The notes below the pieces were generated by a model. It was not told where the DNA came from. It searched no databases and saw nothing but the letters and a program-made list of their open reading frames with translations. A stretch of DNA of 64,000 bases from Octopus vulgaris. Its lineage: Eukaryota. Positions 40,021 to 53,315 of the stretch are shown piece after piece. The stretch is taken from the NCBI GenBank assembly GCA_951406725.2, contig OX597825.1, positions 8,370,001 to 8,434,000 of the forward strand. The letters are read 5' to 3'. The position numbers and the translations under genes were made by a program. Each line of letters opens with the position of its first letter. The stretch's first letter is position 1.

Positions 40021-40613
40021 GTGAAAGCTGATATCATTTCTTCTAAATAGGAACGCAGGATTTCGTTTGTAATTTCAGTTTCTCAGTTCTGCGGCCATTT
40101 TTAATTTTGAACTTGAAGAAGACAGACGATCTGTTGTAATATTGTTCCAATCTTTAAATAAACAATCTCTGTTACAAATTGCATCGTGCTTTTATTACTC
40201 TCTAATAATAACAATAAAAAACGATATTAATAACACAATAGGAGGGTCCTTGGCATCTAAGGTTATTTGTTGTAGCCCGACGTTAGGATTCTTTTCTTTT
40301 CCAACAGCTCTGGTAAACATTGCATTTATAACTCTCTCTATATCTCTCCCTTCAACTAAATTTTTAACTACGTAATAATTATTCCTTTCCTTCTACCTCA
40401 CGTCGTTAACAGGTATCTCTGCTACTTTTTCTTTTGCTCTTCGTCCATCACTTTGTCTATCTACGTTATTGCGTAACGCATTTGGTCCTAGCAGTATTGA
40501 TATATAATCTCAGGCGTATAAATACGTTATAAATGTACCTGTACATCTCTTTTAATTATACTTTTTGTCTGCCCATCTCTCTATGTCTCCTCTCTCTCTA
40601 TATATACACACGC

Positions 40614-40663
<50 letters not shown>

Positions 40664-40722
40664 GTGTGCGTGTATGTATATATATACCTATACATATATG
40701 TATATTAACATATATATGTGCG

Positions 40723-40753
<31 letters not shown>

Positions 40754-41490
40754 GCGCACTCTTAACCTTTCTCTCTCCCTCCCTTTCTCAGCCTTCATTC
40801 TTTTGGCTTTCCTTTTCTTCTACCTTACTGTCTCTCCCTCCCTCTCTCACATTCTTCATTCTTTTCTCTACAACCATTCCCTTTTTTTTCTCTCCCTTTC
40901 TCTCCCTTTCTCCTCCTCCTCCCTCCCGTCGTTGACCCGCGACGAGAGCTCTGCTACTGTCTTTCTGTCCTGGCTGCCTTCAAGTAGAGACGGCACTTTC
41001 TGTTGCTCCTTCGCCGTTCTCAAAAATAGCGTTCGTAATATTTTATCTCGTTCGGCTTAACAGCCCTTCTTGTTTGTGTTACTGTTATTCTCCTTTGTCC
41101 TGTCTTTTACTGTTTATATTTTGTACTGTCGTTACTCTCCTGTTTTTGTTACCATTTTTACCCCTCCGCAAAAAAATGTCAAATTTTATTTTATTTGGTT
41201 TTCGCGGGAAGGAAATTTCATTAAAGTCATGTATCGCCTTGACCTTCGAAACGTGGAGTAGATGAAACAAAGGCGACTGAATGAAGGAGAATTTTCCTTG
41301 TTTTGTATGTCCTCTACTCTATTTTTTTCGTTGTTTTAGAAAAATGTCCATTTCCTTGGTTTTGTGTTTATGTTTTCGTTTCTCATTGTGTTCTACGTTT
41401 TTTTAGTGTCCTGTATCCATATATGCATGTATATATACATGTAGAGGTAGGTACGTACATATATGTATGTATATATGCATATGTTTTATT

Positions 41491-41529
<39 letters not shown>

Positions 41530-41531
<2 letters not shown>

Positions 41532-41945
41532 CGCAGGAGTGGCTATGTGGTAAGTAGCTTGTTTACCAAACACATGGTTCCGGGTTCAGTCCCACTGTGT
41601 GGCATCTTGGGCAAGTGTTTTCTACTATAGCCTCGGGCCGACAAAAGCCTTGCGAGTGGATTTGGAAGACGGAAACTGGAAGAAGCCCGTCGTATATATG
41701 TATATATATGTATATATGTGTGTGCGTGTATGTTTGTGTTTGTCCCCCTAGCATTGCTTGAAAACCGATGCTGGTGTGTTTATGTCCCTGTCACTTAGCG
41801 GTTCGGCAAAAAGAGACCGATAGAATAAGTACTGGGCTTACAAAGAATAAGTCCCGGGGTCGAGTTGCTCGATTAAAGGCGGTGCTCTAGCATGGCCGCA
41901 GTCAAATGACTGAAACAAGTAAAAGAGTAAAAGAGTAAAAGAGTA
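41530..41945 (+). mobile_element. SINE family A, full length, inside a (TA)n tract
   Basis: Close match to 60366-60790; (TA)n on both sides; tail of repeated GAGTAAAA units. Confidence 0.93.
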
Positions 41946-42019
<74 letters not shown>

Positions 42020-42944
42020 TACATATACATACACATATAGACACTTAGACACACGCAGTCACATGTATAGAATGAGATAAAGAGAGATAGAAGCGTAGAC
42101 CTAGAAAACAATATCGTAATTGTAATTATTGCATATAATCCAAGATGGACGAAGTTGTCAGAACATCGTTACCGAAGATAGGAAAACAAAAGAAAAAAAT
42201 TATAATAATCTTTTGTGTTCTTTGTTCTAATCACACTCGAGGCCAATTTGCCATTTATTCAATCGAGTTGATGAAATTGTTATAAATCAAATACATGGGT
42301 CGATATAATCGAAAAAACAAACTTTAATGGACGATATCGCAACTCAAAATGTACGGTCATGTGATAATGTCAGAAATCGTAATTACTGCAATGAAAGAAG
42401 ACTTGCGAATCTAAATTCACACTGTTTCACATATTGTAATGAGTTCGTCTTGTTATTTAACTAATTTCGAATATCATTCAACTCCAATATTCGCTTTCAT
42501 ATTCCAGAAGCTTCTAATTACTCGCACCGATATAATTATGACCCGCTGCTACATGGTTTCGTTGTGGCATTTGTTTATTTGTTTGCTTGTTTGTTTCTTC
42601 TATTGATATCGCTTTCAACCGATGTTTAATAGGATCGATTATCGAAAATACAAACTTGCAATGTTTAAACATATTCACGAAATTATTTTCATCTCTATCT
42701 CTCTATCTCTTTCTCTTCCCCTCTCCCTTTCTTTCTCTCTCTCTCTCTCTTCTCTTTCTCATTCCCTCTCTCAGTCTTTTTCTTTCTTGGCATATGTATG
42801 TGTGTGTGTATATGTGAGTGTGTTCTCAAATACATCGTATGGCATGCACATCCATAATATCCTATGAATTCACAAATATATATAACTATCAATGTGAAAC
42901 CTCATAGATGTGCACATTTATATTCATGTACAAACATGGGATTT

Positions 42945-42985
<41 letters not shown>

Positions 42986-42989
42986 TTAT

Positions 42990-43041
<52 letters not shown>

Positions 43042-43829
43042 ATATATATGTATATATATATATATGGATGAATGGATACATGTATGTGTATATAATGTAT
43101 ATATACATACACACACATATTCTTATGTCTTCATATACACATATCATGCATGCAATAGAATGCATCTATAAGAGGTACGTGCTTATCAAGATACTAATGT
43201 GACATATTCAAATACTCCATTGTTATTTCAGAAAACTACGATTCAGTACAATATGTAATGAACACGGTCCTGCAGATATACGCTTTCAAATGGAGGCTAA
43301 AAAACTACAAATGAGTTTTCTTTCACGGAAATTGTTTATTGTTAGTAAAACTCAAACATAAACTCTTAGTCATATCAGAGATTGGAAGCATTTATCAGTG
43401 TCGTCTGCAAATTCACTTATCTTTTGGAACTAGTTTTAGTAGCAAAAAATGTAGGACGTTTGTTTTATATTAGTATATAAGTATGATGTACTTACATCGC
43501 ATATAACATTACCACCTGGAGTACATCTCTGCATGTAGAGACATTTTAAAACAGAATTCAAAAGTTCACAAAAGTGTCGGTTGCAGAGGTTAGAGCATGT
43601 ATACCGACTCGAATCTCTTGGAGTTGCGTTTCTCTTCTGTTTTTATGGCAGGAAACATTTAAACGACATCTTCCACGTTTAGACCTAGTAAGGAAACAGA
43701 AAGGAATGAATGAAGATGTGTTGTCATAAAGCAGGGGTCACACAGATTCATGTGTCAATATTTGGTCAATAATCAGCAATAGTGTCTATATTTAAATGCT
43801 TGAACATCTCTAGATATATATGTGTAATA

Positions 43830-44029
<200 letters not shown>

Positions 44030-44276
44030 GCAACATAGAGTATATCTATACTGCATAAAATATATTCACCCAGATTATTCCATCGTGTGTAACTGGCAAC
44101 AAAATTTAATCGTCTTCCACATTTTGTCCCAGTGGAGGGTAAAGAAAAATGTATATCTTATACACTCATTTGTTTACTTGCATTTAATATTAAAAATTCC
44201 TCTCTCCTAATTGCCCGCCATGTATGCACAACTGCATTAATTTGGTAAACTTAGCTTTCACTTAAATTATCAATGT

Positions 44277-44327
<51 letters not shown>

Positions 44328-44699
44328 GAATTCGGTGTATTTTCAACAACAAACTTGCCTATATTTTCGTGCATGGAATCACATGCCGTCTTTTGTTATA
44401 TGTATTTGGTTTACAGTTTCTCTGATCCTCTTTCCATAGGAGCTTTCGCTTGGAGAGGCATGTTTTGGAATCAGGTGTATTTATAATTTTTTTCGCGAGC
44501 GGATCTGAGTTTTGATTCGTTAAAATACTGGTGACGTCATGTTATTTCAGTGGTCAAGCTTGTCGTTCTGCCTGGCTGGTTTCCCTGTGGGGAAATGTAA
44601 TTAGTCGTTCCGGTTGGTTGATTCTCTTAAAAGGGTCATTTCGTTGTATTTGCTGAAGTTGCGTTTGATTGGTTTCGAGTTAGGTGATGTCAGCAACGG

Positions 44700-44900
44700 T
44701 TGTTAGTAAAATTTCATTGGCCTAAATTTAGGTGTTTGTATGGTGTTTGTATATTGATTTGGAGTTGCAGTTTCGAACCCGGGTGGAAGACTATTACTAA
44801 AGTTTTTAAAAAATGTCTAATGTACCTGGTTGTTTTTGTGGAGAAATTGAGTCTTTCCCCCTTTATCTTATTACTGTTTTTTCTTCTTTCTAAAATATAT
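44700..44900 (-). pseudogene. Decayed Penelope-like element ORF fragment (post-RT region)
   Basis: Minus frame reads LNFSTKTTRYIRHFLKTLVIVFHPGSKLQLQINIQTPYKHLNLGQ, resembling the PLE motif PFSxxxxTxIGRxFLxLIxxHFPxxxKLxxIFNxNT. Confidence 0.45.
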
Positions 44901-44957
44901 TCAGCAGTGGTTTATATTTTTGAATGAGTTTCTTTTCCTTATTTAAACAGAATTGGG

Positions 44958-45200
44958 TTGAAGTGTTTCTTGTGCATTGATAGAGAGAGAAGATTTGGAA
45001 TGCATTATCGGAACACTCACGTGTCCACAAACAGTATATCCGGAAGACCAGTGTTCGCCAACTTCTATTGAGCGAACATATAGAGACATGTGGTCAAAAA
45101 ATGTTTCTAATTTTTTCCTTTCCACAAACTACATGTGAGGTTGGAAGAAAGATAAAATAAAAACTGCTTATTAAAATGTACAAACATATTCCCGAACGGA
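44958..45200 (+). pseudogene. Decayed GIY-YIG endonuclease C-terminal part of a Penelope-like element
   Basis: KCFLC..., then NALSEHSRVHKQYIRKTSVRQLLLSEHIETCGQKMFLIFSF and RKIK*KLLIKMYK; matches PLE GIY-YIG features CxxC, LxxRxxxHxQxIR, SEHIxxC and RxxxExxFIxxxKP. Confidence 0.6.
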
Positions 45201-45269
45201 AAGGCAACAATAATATAACAACTACTTAATGATGAGGATTAAGAAATATCTCTAGCTTACAAATATATG

Positions 45270-45680
45270 TCTTTATTGCCCACAGGGGGCTAAGCATAGA
45301 GAGGCCAAACAAGGACAGACAAATGGATTGAGTCAATTACATCGACCCCAGTGGATAATTGGTACATATTCAATCGACCCCGAAAGGTTGAAAGGCAAAA
45401 TCGACCTCGGCGGAATTTGAACTCAGAACGTAACGGCAGACGAAATACGTAATTCTTTACTACCCACAAGGAGCTAAACACAGAGGGGACAAACAAGGAC
45501 AGACAAAGGGATTAAGTCGATTATATCGACACCAGTGCGTAATTGGTACTTATTTAATCGACCCCGAAAGGATGAAAGGCAAAGTCGACCTCGGCGTAAT
45601 TTGAACTCAGAACGTAGCGGCAGACGAAATACCGCTAAGCATTTCGCCCGCCGTGCTAACATTTCTGCCAGGTCGCCGCC
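45270..45680 (-). mobile_element. SINE family B dimer (tandem period ~184 bp)
   Basis: Full head at 45680, then a second unit restarting at GTATTTCGTCTGCCGTTACG; units begin at ~45271 and ~45455 on +. Confidence 0.9.
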
Positions 45681-45854
45681 TTTTGTATTTATATTTGTAA
45701 GCTCTAACTTACAGAATATTGGTACGCCTGGCAAACCGTGATGCTTGAGATGCATGCAGATTGGTTAAAACCGTATTCAAAAAATTCGGCGTGTTGGAGC
45801 ATTGTAATATGTTCTAAGATTGCCGAGAACTGAACTGTCACTTAAAGACCTTTG

Positions 45855-45892
45855 AAATCTGATGATTACTCTAAGTATGAAAGCGCTAATTT
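45855..45892 (+). ncRNA. Minimal type I hammerhead ribozyme motif, probably in the 3' pLTR of the PLE remnant
   Basis: AAAT-CTGATGA-T-TACT(CTA)AGTA-T-GAAA-GCGC-TA^ATTT: stem I AAAT/ATTT, intact core, palindromic AGCGCT in place of stem III; same strand as, and downstream of, the GIY-YIG remnant. Confidence 0.6.
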
Positions 45893-46024
45893 AACTTAAA
45901 GAGCATTATGAAATATGTTGTTTTTTTTTATTGTTAAAATACTATAATAAAAAACGCGAAAACAGACCATGTTTCAACTTTATTCGATTGATATGCTATT
46001 TGATACACATCCACACAAATTGAA

Positions 46025-46076
<52 letters not shown>

Positions 46077-46077
46077 A

Positions 46078-46108
<31 letters not shown>

Positions 46109-46709
46109 GTCTATGTGAATGTGTGTGTGTACGTATGTGCGTGTGTGTGTATTACAATGATTTTCATCTGTCCACTGGCCGCTTCTGCATTACTTCTGCA
46201 ACAATAAATATAAAATTCAATTTTGGCGACGGGTTCTGCTGAGATCAAACGATATCTGAAGATGTACGGTTTGTAATGTTGGTTCAAATATTGAAACTCC
46301 ACAAAGAAAATATATAAATCTACATACACGGATTGCTTTTCAGAGAAAATCAGATATATGAATATATTGAGGTATAAGATATAAACGTTTAAGTACTTAG
46401 AGTATGATGCAGTTCTACATGTAATTTCATAGATTAAAGCGCATACTCTCCGAAGTTGTTAGTCATGTGTGGGCTGAAGTAATTTTATTAGAATGCCAAC
46501 GTCAATTCATAAGTTTGGAGATCACTTGTAATATGTTCGTTGATAGCTGACACCAATACAATTCTAAAATTTGAATCAATGCCTTTTATTCACCACTGAT
46601 AGCACTGATATGGCACAGGTAAATAAGGTTATACATTTATGAGGTACTCAATAGAAAGCCAACCATTCATAAAGGCTATTTATATTAATTCTTATTATGT
46701 TGTCTCCGG

Positions 46710-46907
46710 GGCGGCGAACTAGTGGAAAGTACCGTGCAAAATTGTTACGGACATTTCTTGTGGATTCATTTTCTGCGTCCAAATTACGCAGACGTCACAA
46801 TATGCATTTATCTTTTCGTGGTGGATATATTAAACATCAGCTGAGCCCTGGGATCGATGTAATCCATCCACCCATGAAATAGCTGGCCTTGTACCAAAAT
46901 TTGAAAC
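46710..46907 (+). mobile_element. SINE family B, old diverged copy
   Basis: GGCGGCGAACTAG...CCCTGGGATCGATGTAATC...CTGGCCTTGTACCAAAATTTGAAAC. Confidence 0.55.
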
Positions 46908-48494
46908 TTTTATCATGCAGCAACAGGTGTATCCTCATTTACAACACCTTTGATGATTTTTTGTTCCATAAAACAATGACTGAGTGGTTAAAACAGAAAT
47001 ATACAACCGAAAGTACTAAAGAGTAATCAGCTGTTTATCTATCTATGACGTTCCAGGGCTAGTTTATCTTTTAGTTTAAATGATTGCAGGTGGCTTTAAC
47101 AAACATAATTGCTATGTGTTGTAGATAAAGATACTGCACAGAAGATGGCCTTTGACCTATTTCGTGGCGAGTGTTAAAGATTGACAGCAATTAACTTCAT
47201 CATCTGCGCAATTATTTCATCGGTTTCTGCTTACAATCAATTTAATTTCATTATTCATCGACACAGATAGTATAGTTGAAGTGATACTGACTCGACAGAG
47301 AAAATTCTGTATCAACCATCCTAAATGCTGGTGATAACAGCTGATTAACTCATGCGAATTGTAATCTATAGGCAACCATCAGAATCTCTAAGCAACCATT
47401 GTATATAAAGATAATTCTTTACACGATTCACTAAACCAAATTTTGGGGAAACAAAACCCTGTCTTTATTGAAAACCAAAACAAAATTATGTATATTATTC
47501 TATATTTATTACAATCATTCTACCTCTGCAATTATGAAAGATGTTTTCTCTCAAATATTTTCAATTTGGAGCGTAGAATATCGGCTTCGTTTAACATAGA
47601 TCGCAAAGATGATGAGGCGTAGCGGAAGAAAAGCCAGCTTTAAAGCAAGGGGAGACAAATGCATTTTCGACCACATTCACATGCGTGCTTATACATGCAA
47701 CTTGTTTCCTTTCAGTTATTCTGTATCAAATTCTCTGACATGCCTCTGGTCGGCCCGATTATATAGTAGGCATGCCGCTTGCCTGGTGTGCAACACAGGG
47801 AGATGAAAATCGAAATCACGAGTTTGCGATGATAATTCCTAGATATTCTCTCAATTGTTTAACAGTAAAATTGTAATCTGCGTAACAAAATTCGTGAAAA
47901 ATTCATCAGCATATAACAGAGCCAGTATAAACAATTTCCTTTCAAGTAGACGAACAATCCATACACGTGCAATATACGTGTCTATGCCATATAAACGAAT
48001 GTTTAATGAAGCAATCTGTTATGAAACATTTCACCTAACCATAACAACCCCTTGAATAAACATGTTGAAAAACATAGCACAATTTTCAAATAGATATCGC
48101 TAAACAGTACACAAACAAAATCATTTGAACGGGAACAACACAAAACTTAGCACTGAACACACACCATTAAAGCAATAAAATTCATTATTTCTACACAGTG
48201 CGTAGTAGAAAACATCTAAATATTGTAATTATCTTACGTTGATCAAAGGTAATTAAATTTACGAAATTCAAGATGGCTTTTATATATAGCAAACAATAAA
48301 CATAAGCACATATACGGTTCTTCGCTTGACTCCCCTGAAGAAAATATTAATGAACCTAATAAGTATATATATTGTATCAACTTGTGCCTTATAAACCTTA
48401 TAAATGCATTGGAAGATATTAGAAGTGTAGTTGTCGTACACCATGCTATCTACCTCACTTTCTCTCTTCTTACCTATACGTGGCAGATAGAACA

Positions 48495-48824
48495 GGCGTC
48501 GTCGCTTGGTAGGAAGCTTGCTCCCCAACAACATGGTTCGAGAATCTGTTGTACTACGTGGTACTTCGGAAAAGCGTCCTTTACAACATTCTAAGGCCGA
48601 CCAAAGCCTTGTGAGAGGATTTGAGATACGGCAAATAAACAACGCCAGTCGTAATTGTGTGTTCTTTGTGAGTGTGTATGTGGATGTGTGTGTGTGTATC
48701 TTTGTGTCTGTTTTCATTTCTCACCACTGCTTGACAACCGGGGTGTTGGTGTGTTTACATCCATATAACATAGCGGTTCGGCAAAAGAGATCGATAGAAT
48801 AAGTACCAAACTGTAAAGAAGTAC
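48495..48824 (+). mobile_element. SINE family A, diverged and 3' truncated
   Basis: GGCCGACCAAAGCCTTGTGAGAGGATTTG..(TG)n..GCTTGACAACCGGGGTGTTGGTGTGTTTAC..AGCGGTTCGGCAAAAGAGATCGATAGAATAAGTACC. Confidence 0.75.
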
Positions 48825-49190
48825 AGTAATTTCCTGTTGATTCGAAAGGAAAAATGTGTCGCTCAAGAAGGACTTCAGCAATTGTAACGTTTCATATTTT
48901 TATTCTTTTATTGTATTCATTCAGTCGTTAAACATAAATATATCTTGGAATTACACGGTTTTGATTTACTGTCAGGTGACTTTTGGCCACATCTACAGAC
49001 ATTAGTAAGAATGAGTGTATTGAAATATATATTGCAGAAGATTAACTAAACGTTGAGACTAGATATTTTACACATATTTTCCACATAATTATCGTTCGAG
49101 AAACTTTCAAGTTAATGGAATAAATAATTCGTAAATAATAAGGAAATAAACAAATAATCTCCCAATCTGCAATGGTCAAATACAATGGCC

Positions 49191-49467
<277 letters not shown>

Positions 49468-49924
49468 CATATACATATGCATATGTACACACACACACTA
49501 GCGACTTAACCATTTAATCATTAAATTTTCAAATGGCTGAAATCAGCGAAACCTGAGCCTGGTTACGTAGTGACGTTTTCCTATACTACAAAAAAGACCA
49601 AAAAGACATACTTTTGGCTGCAGAACTTAAAAACGAATATGCCACAATCTTTTTCTATACAAAAGTCTCATACGAGCAAGCAGCACCTTTTATTTTTTTT
49701 TTGGTGTACAGTTCCTGCTAAAGTTAAACTTACTTTGATCACACACAGGCGCACAGACACACACATACACGCAAAGAGACTCACACGCACACACACCCAA
49801 ACACACACGTACACATATCCAAACACCCAAACACACACACGTGAACACATACACACACATTTATAAGAAAATTTAGGCGCATTCTCAACTTTTCCCAGGC
49901 TTTTCCTCTCTCCCTCTCTCTCCT

Positions 49925-49938
49925 TATATATATATATA

Positions 49939-49980
<42 letters not shown>

Positions 49981-50038
49981 TACATACATAAATATATATA
50001 TATATATATATATACATACATATACATACACATATATG

Positions 50039-50084
<46 letters not shown>

Positions 50085-50219
50085 TATATATATATGCATA
50101 TATATATATGCATTTATATATATACATATATATATATGCATATATATATGCATATATATATATATATATTATATTCATATATATATGTATGTATACATAT
50201 ATGCATATGTATATATATA

Positions 50220-50290
<71 letters not shown>
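49925..50290. repeat. Degenerate (TA)n/(TATGCA) tract
   Basis: Read directly. Confidence 0.9.
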
Positions 50291-50291
<1 letters not shown>

Positions 50292-50672
50292 TACACGTGG
50301 AGTCAGAAACTGATGGATAGATGGAATGCATAGGTATTGCATCTCTGAATATGCATGCATATGTGTGGCTGTGTGCAGACGCATATCAATGATTTTCCTG
50401 CGAGAAATGTATTCGTGAGTAACTTGGTAAATAGGCATACTGCAAAATTTTACACATCAAACTGTGTAGGTGTATGATCGTCACATAATATACATAATTA
50501 AAATTTGCAACGAAACGGAATAATCCCTGGGGTACCGTATATTTTTTTCACTATTCAACCATTGAACCAACATTTTCGTCGAGTGTTAATTGAAGCCTGC
50601 TTTACACGCTAATCAATAGGAAATATTATTCTCCCTGCTGGCAACGCCGAACTCTGGAAAAAAATCGTGCTT

Positions 50673-50731
<59 letters not shown>

Positions 50732-50760
50732 GTATATATATATATGTATATATATATATG

Positions 50761-50817
<57 letters not shown>

Positions 50818-50945
50818 ACACACACACACACATATATGTATATATATACATAAATATAAACATATATTTAAACATATATATATACACATATATACAAATA
50901 CATATATACATATATCTATATACTTATATATATATATATTATACA
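50673..50945. repeat. Degenerate (TA)n tract
   Basis: Read directly. Confidence 0.9.
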
Positions 50946-51164
50946 CACATACAAATGCACGCATATGTATAATGTGCATTCATGCTTGAAAGACGATAAG
51001 TATGTATGAATTGATGTCTACATATCTATATGGAACTATACGCACATTCAATCACGCGCATGCGCACACGCTCAGACACACACATATGCATATATACAAA
51101 TAAATATACACACACATATGCATATATACAAATAAATATACATATATACGGACATACGGTATAT

Positions 51165-51602
51165 GGTTCAAATTTGAGTACAAGGCCAGCAATATGAAAA
51201 GAAGTGGGGGGGGGGTGTCGATTACATTGACCCCCAGTGCTCAACTGGTACTTATTTTGTCGACCCCGAAATAATTCTGTCTACTATAGGCACAAGACCT
51301 AAAAATTTTTTGTTGGGTGCGGTATTGTCGATTAGATCGATCAAGTACGCAACTTGTTCTTAATTCGTCGAAGCCGAAAAGATGAAAGGCAAAGTGGGTC
51401 TCGGCGGAATTTAAACTCAGAACGTAGCGGTAGAGGAAATACCAACAAGCATTTCGCTCTGCGTGCTAGCGACTCTGCCACCTCGCCGCATTATCGACCC
51501 TGAAATAATGAAAGGAAGGAGTCGATCTCGGCAGAGTTTGAACTGAGAACGGAATAACCGACCAAATGCTCGGCCTACTAACCATTCCTCGGGCTGGCCG
51601 CC
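51165..51602 (-). mobile_element. SINE family B host copy interrupted by a second family B copy (51276-51490)
   Basis: Host 3' part at 51165-51275 and 5' part at 51494-51602; the inner copy is flanked by TCGACCCCGAAATAAT (51260-51275) and TCGACCCTGAAATAAT (51494-51509). Confidence 0.85.
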
Positions 51603-51645
51603 TTAATGCGCATAAGAATTAAATTACTAAAATGAGTTATATATA

Positions 51646-52056
51646 GGCGCAGGAGTGGCTGTGTGGTAAGTATCTTGCTAACCAGCCACATGGTTCCGGG
51701 TTCAGTCCCACTGCGTGGCACCTTGGGCAGGTACCTTCTGTTTTGGCCCCGGGCCGACCAATGCCTTGTGAGTGGATTTGGTAGACGGAAACTGAAAGAA
51801 GCCTGTCGTATATATGTTTATATATATATGTATGTGTGCGTGTGTTTGTGTGTCTGTGTTTGTCTCCCTAGCATTGCTTGACAGCCGATGCTGGTGTGTT
51901 TACGTCCCCGTCACTTAGCGGTTCGGCAAAACGGACCGATAAAATAAGTACTGGGCTTACAAAGAAAAAGTCTCGGGTTCGATTTCCTCAACTAAAGGCG
52001 GTGCTCCAGCATGGCCGCATTCAAATGAATGAAACAAGTAAAAGAGTAAAAGAGTA
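51646..52056 (+). mobile_element. SINE family A, full length
   Basis: Close match to the other full copies. Confidence 0.93.
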
Positions 52057-53129
52057 TATCACATGAAGTCAGCAAGCAATGGCTTCACGGCTAAATTATC
52101 CACAGCTTTATATATATCAATGAACGTTTAGACATGTTTTTGTTTTATTACTCTCGGTATATAATCATTTTTATATCTCTGTAAGATACAGTGAGGAAAT
52201 ACACAAAAGGTATTCATTGACAGTACTGCTTTCACATTTTCGGACTTTCCATGCGTGTTAGAAATCGTTATATTAATTTTCATTGGTAGACATTTAATGT
52301 ACATTTATTAGAGAATGCAAAGAAATAACTGGACATAGTATTTTAAACATTATCCTTTGCATGTCACATCAAGACATTTTATTTTATGCAACACGATGAT
52401 ATCATTAATTTATAAATCGAACGAATATATTTAATCTATACGATACACAGGATACGTTTTATTTATTGCAGCTTTTATTACGATAAACGAATAGAAATCA
52501 TATTTAGTATTAACATTATTATGTCCGTTTGCGTATTTTGTTACGAATACATTTACGTGAAGGCTACACTGTAGGGCGGACACAGATCAATTACAGAATG
52601 ATATGCAGTGTTTAGAATTTGTCGTCAACAAATACAGTGATTTCTTTTTCCAACATGGTTCGTTCTTCAGTGAATTTATTAATAAAAATTGTACTGTCTA
52701 TATATGATAATTATACTAATAAATACGTATATAAATACTGATAATGAAATATGGCTAGGCACTTTATAATGTTCATGAACATTTATTCATTATTTTGTAC
52801 AACGACAAGAATAAACTTTCACCAACAAGTTTGAAATTATTCTTTACACAAAACTGCTGTCGTTCGCATAAAAATGAATGTATCAAATGCTAACAAGGTA
52901 CATCTGTCTGTTATATTATAATAAATATAAGTTAATTACTCGTATTTTTTGTCTTTTTTCAGGATATTATTTGTAATCCGACTTAAATATTATATGTATG
53001 ACAGGTTAGATATTTGTTAACTGAGCTTACGGAGGCTAATATATCTAAAACCATGACAATTAGCAAAATATAAGATCAGTAATATTTCTTCCGATTCGAA
53101 GCTCAATAACTTCTATTAGTTACTCGCTT

Positions 53130-53315
53130 AACAGAATTGTTCGCGACCCAGCTAAAATGCTTAACAACGATTTTGAAGACTATTCGTCCAGCCTTCAAAT
53201 TACTTCGATGTCAATTTTGTCTTGCATCGTTTCGGGGCGAGGGGTGGCACTGGAGTTGATGAAATCGACTAAGCACATCCACCAGAATTTCAGAGCTTGT
53301 GCCAAGTAGAAAAGA
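53130..53315 (+). mobile_element. SINE family B, old diverged copy
   Basis: AAAATGCTTAAC..TTGCATCGTTTCGGGG..CACTGGAGTTGATGAAATCGACT..AATTTCAGAGCTTGTGCCAAGTAGAAAAG. Confidence 0.5.

Noticed and set aside
40925-41460. T-rich repeat-like block with ..TGACCTTCGAAACGTGGAG, reminiscent of a pLTR/hammerhead 3' half
   Set aside because: No CUGANGA box and only one copy in the window, so it cannot be supported.
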